Assembly: GCA_900128585.1 (NCBI GenBank)
Contig: LT642152.1
Location: 1 to 64,000, forward strand
DNA: 64,000 nucleotides
From: Stramenopiles sp. TOSAG23-3
Lineage: Eukaryota
Direction: 5' to 3'
This document shows, piece by piece, positions 63,060 through 64,000 of this stretch (positions are counted from its first letter, which is position 1; each line of letters starts with the position of its first letter). Under the pieces are notes generated by a model that searched no databases, had not been told where the DNA came from, and worked only from the letters and a program-made list of their open reading frames with translations. Position numbers and translations under genes: made by a program.

Positions 63060-64000
63060 ATGGAATTTTTTGCTTTGGACAAGATTGACTATGACAAAAT
63101 TGACTACCGTTACATTGTTGTCGTGATTATGGCAACCTTTTACGTGCTGGAGCAATATTTGCGCTACCGAAAACGTTCGGCGTTGCTTAAAGGTTTTCCT
63201 AAGGGAATGGAAGGCCTTGTCACGGAGGAGGAATACAAAAAGTCGTACGACTACAATCTGTACAAAAACTCCTGGGGATATGCCCTTGATTTGCACGCTA
63301 CCGTCTACGCCGTGGTGAGCATGTATTACTGGGGCGCGCTTTGGAACTTTTCTGCCCCGCAGCAACATTATGCCCATGCCGCGCTGGCGGACAAAGTCCT
63401 TGGAAACTCGTACGCCCAGATTTGCATGTTTTTGGTGTACTCCTCGCTTGTGGAGTTTGTTGTGGGGTTGCCGAAGTCTTTGGTCATTACGTTTCACATC
63501 GAAGAAATATTCGGATTCAACAAGTACACCTTAAAATCCTACACGAAAGAAACGATCATGAAATTCTTTGAGGGTTTACTAATCAATTTACCATTGATGT
63601 TTGGCATGGTATACATTGTTGACATCATGGGACCAGATGCTTGGTTTTACTTGTGGCTATTCTTGTCGGCGTTTGTCTTTGCATTCAACACGCTGTACCC
63701 AATAGTTTGCGCCAGGATGTACAACTCTTACACCGAGCTAGAGCCTGGAAAACTGAAAGATGGGATCGACAATTTGATCACGGAGACGGGCCTGAATTGC
63801 AAAAATGTGTTTATGGTCGATGGGTCGAAACAATCGTCGCACAGTAACGCATACGTAAATGGTATGTGCATGACGAAACGCATTGTTATTTACGATACTT
63901 TGTTAAAGGATCTGAACCACGATTGCGAAAAGACACTTGCGGTGGTTGGGCATGAAATTGGTCACAGTATCCTTCATCATAACTGGGCGCTGTTGCTTGT
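63060..64000 (+). CDS. STE24: CAAX prenyl protease 1 (M48A), 3' end beyond the window
   Basis: Translated by hand from ATG 63060: LEQYLRYR, EEEYKKSYDY, IEEIFGFNK, DGSKQSSHSNAY, KRIVIYDTLL, AVVGHEIGH (HExxH). Confidence 0.93.
   Translation, partial: MEFFALDKIDYDKIDYRYIVVVIMATFYVLEQYLRYRKRSALLKGFPKGMEGLVTEEEYKKSYDYNLYKNSWGYALDLHATVYAVVSMYYWGALWNFSAPQQHYAHAALADKVLGNSYAQICMFLVYSSLVEFVVGLPKSLVITFHIEEIFGFNKYTLKSYTKETIMKFFEGLLINLPLMFGMVYIVDIMGPDAWFYLWLFLSAFVFAFNTLYPIVCARMYNSYTELEPGKLKDGIDNLITETGLNCKNVFMVDGSKQSSHSNAYVNGMCMTKRIVIYDTLLKDLNHDCEKTLAVVGHEIGHSILHHNWALLL

Overview
Eukaryotic genomic DNA from an intron-poor protist, probably a stramenopile (inferred from gene style only). About 25 mostly single-exon genes are separated by AT-rich, microsatellite-laden spacers. 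Recognisable genes: COG6, COG7, HRD1, calmodulin, CDP-DAG synthase, R2R3-type MYB, PAQR, STE24 (partial, absent from the ORF track), two DnaJ proteins, an importin-beta-family protein, a CMAS/CNMT-like methyltransferase, a bacterial-type phosphonate monoester hydrolase-like sulfatase, a GT2 fusion and a kinase-adenosine deaminase fusion. Three highlights. (1) Two very large secreted proteins about 40 kb apart (336-4819, split by a -1 frame break; 40451-45913) have unrelated repeat arrays but share an internal G-RRLLA site followed by a coiled coil, a VY-x5-CC domain and a C-terminal tag GY(D/E)V..RR.LL..RFRGGGGS-stop. This looks like an undescribed modular secreted-protein family with a processing or sorting tag. 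(2) The apparently empty 19.0-20.6 kb region is a non-coding host gene whose three introns each carry two snoRNAs (snR78, snR30/U17, snR47/U36, an H/ACA, an LSU guide I cannot assign, snR70/U43). (3) A ~26-nt element, ATAACAGCCAATTTTCTTGTTTTAAA, recurs downstream of stop codons in sense orientation. All rRNA and snoRNA comparisons are from recalled consensus sequences, not from searches.
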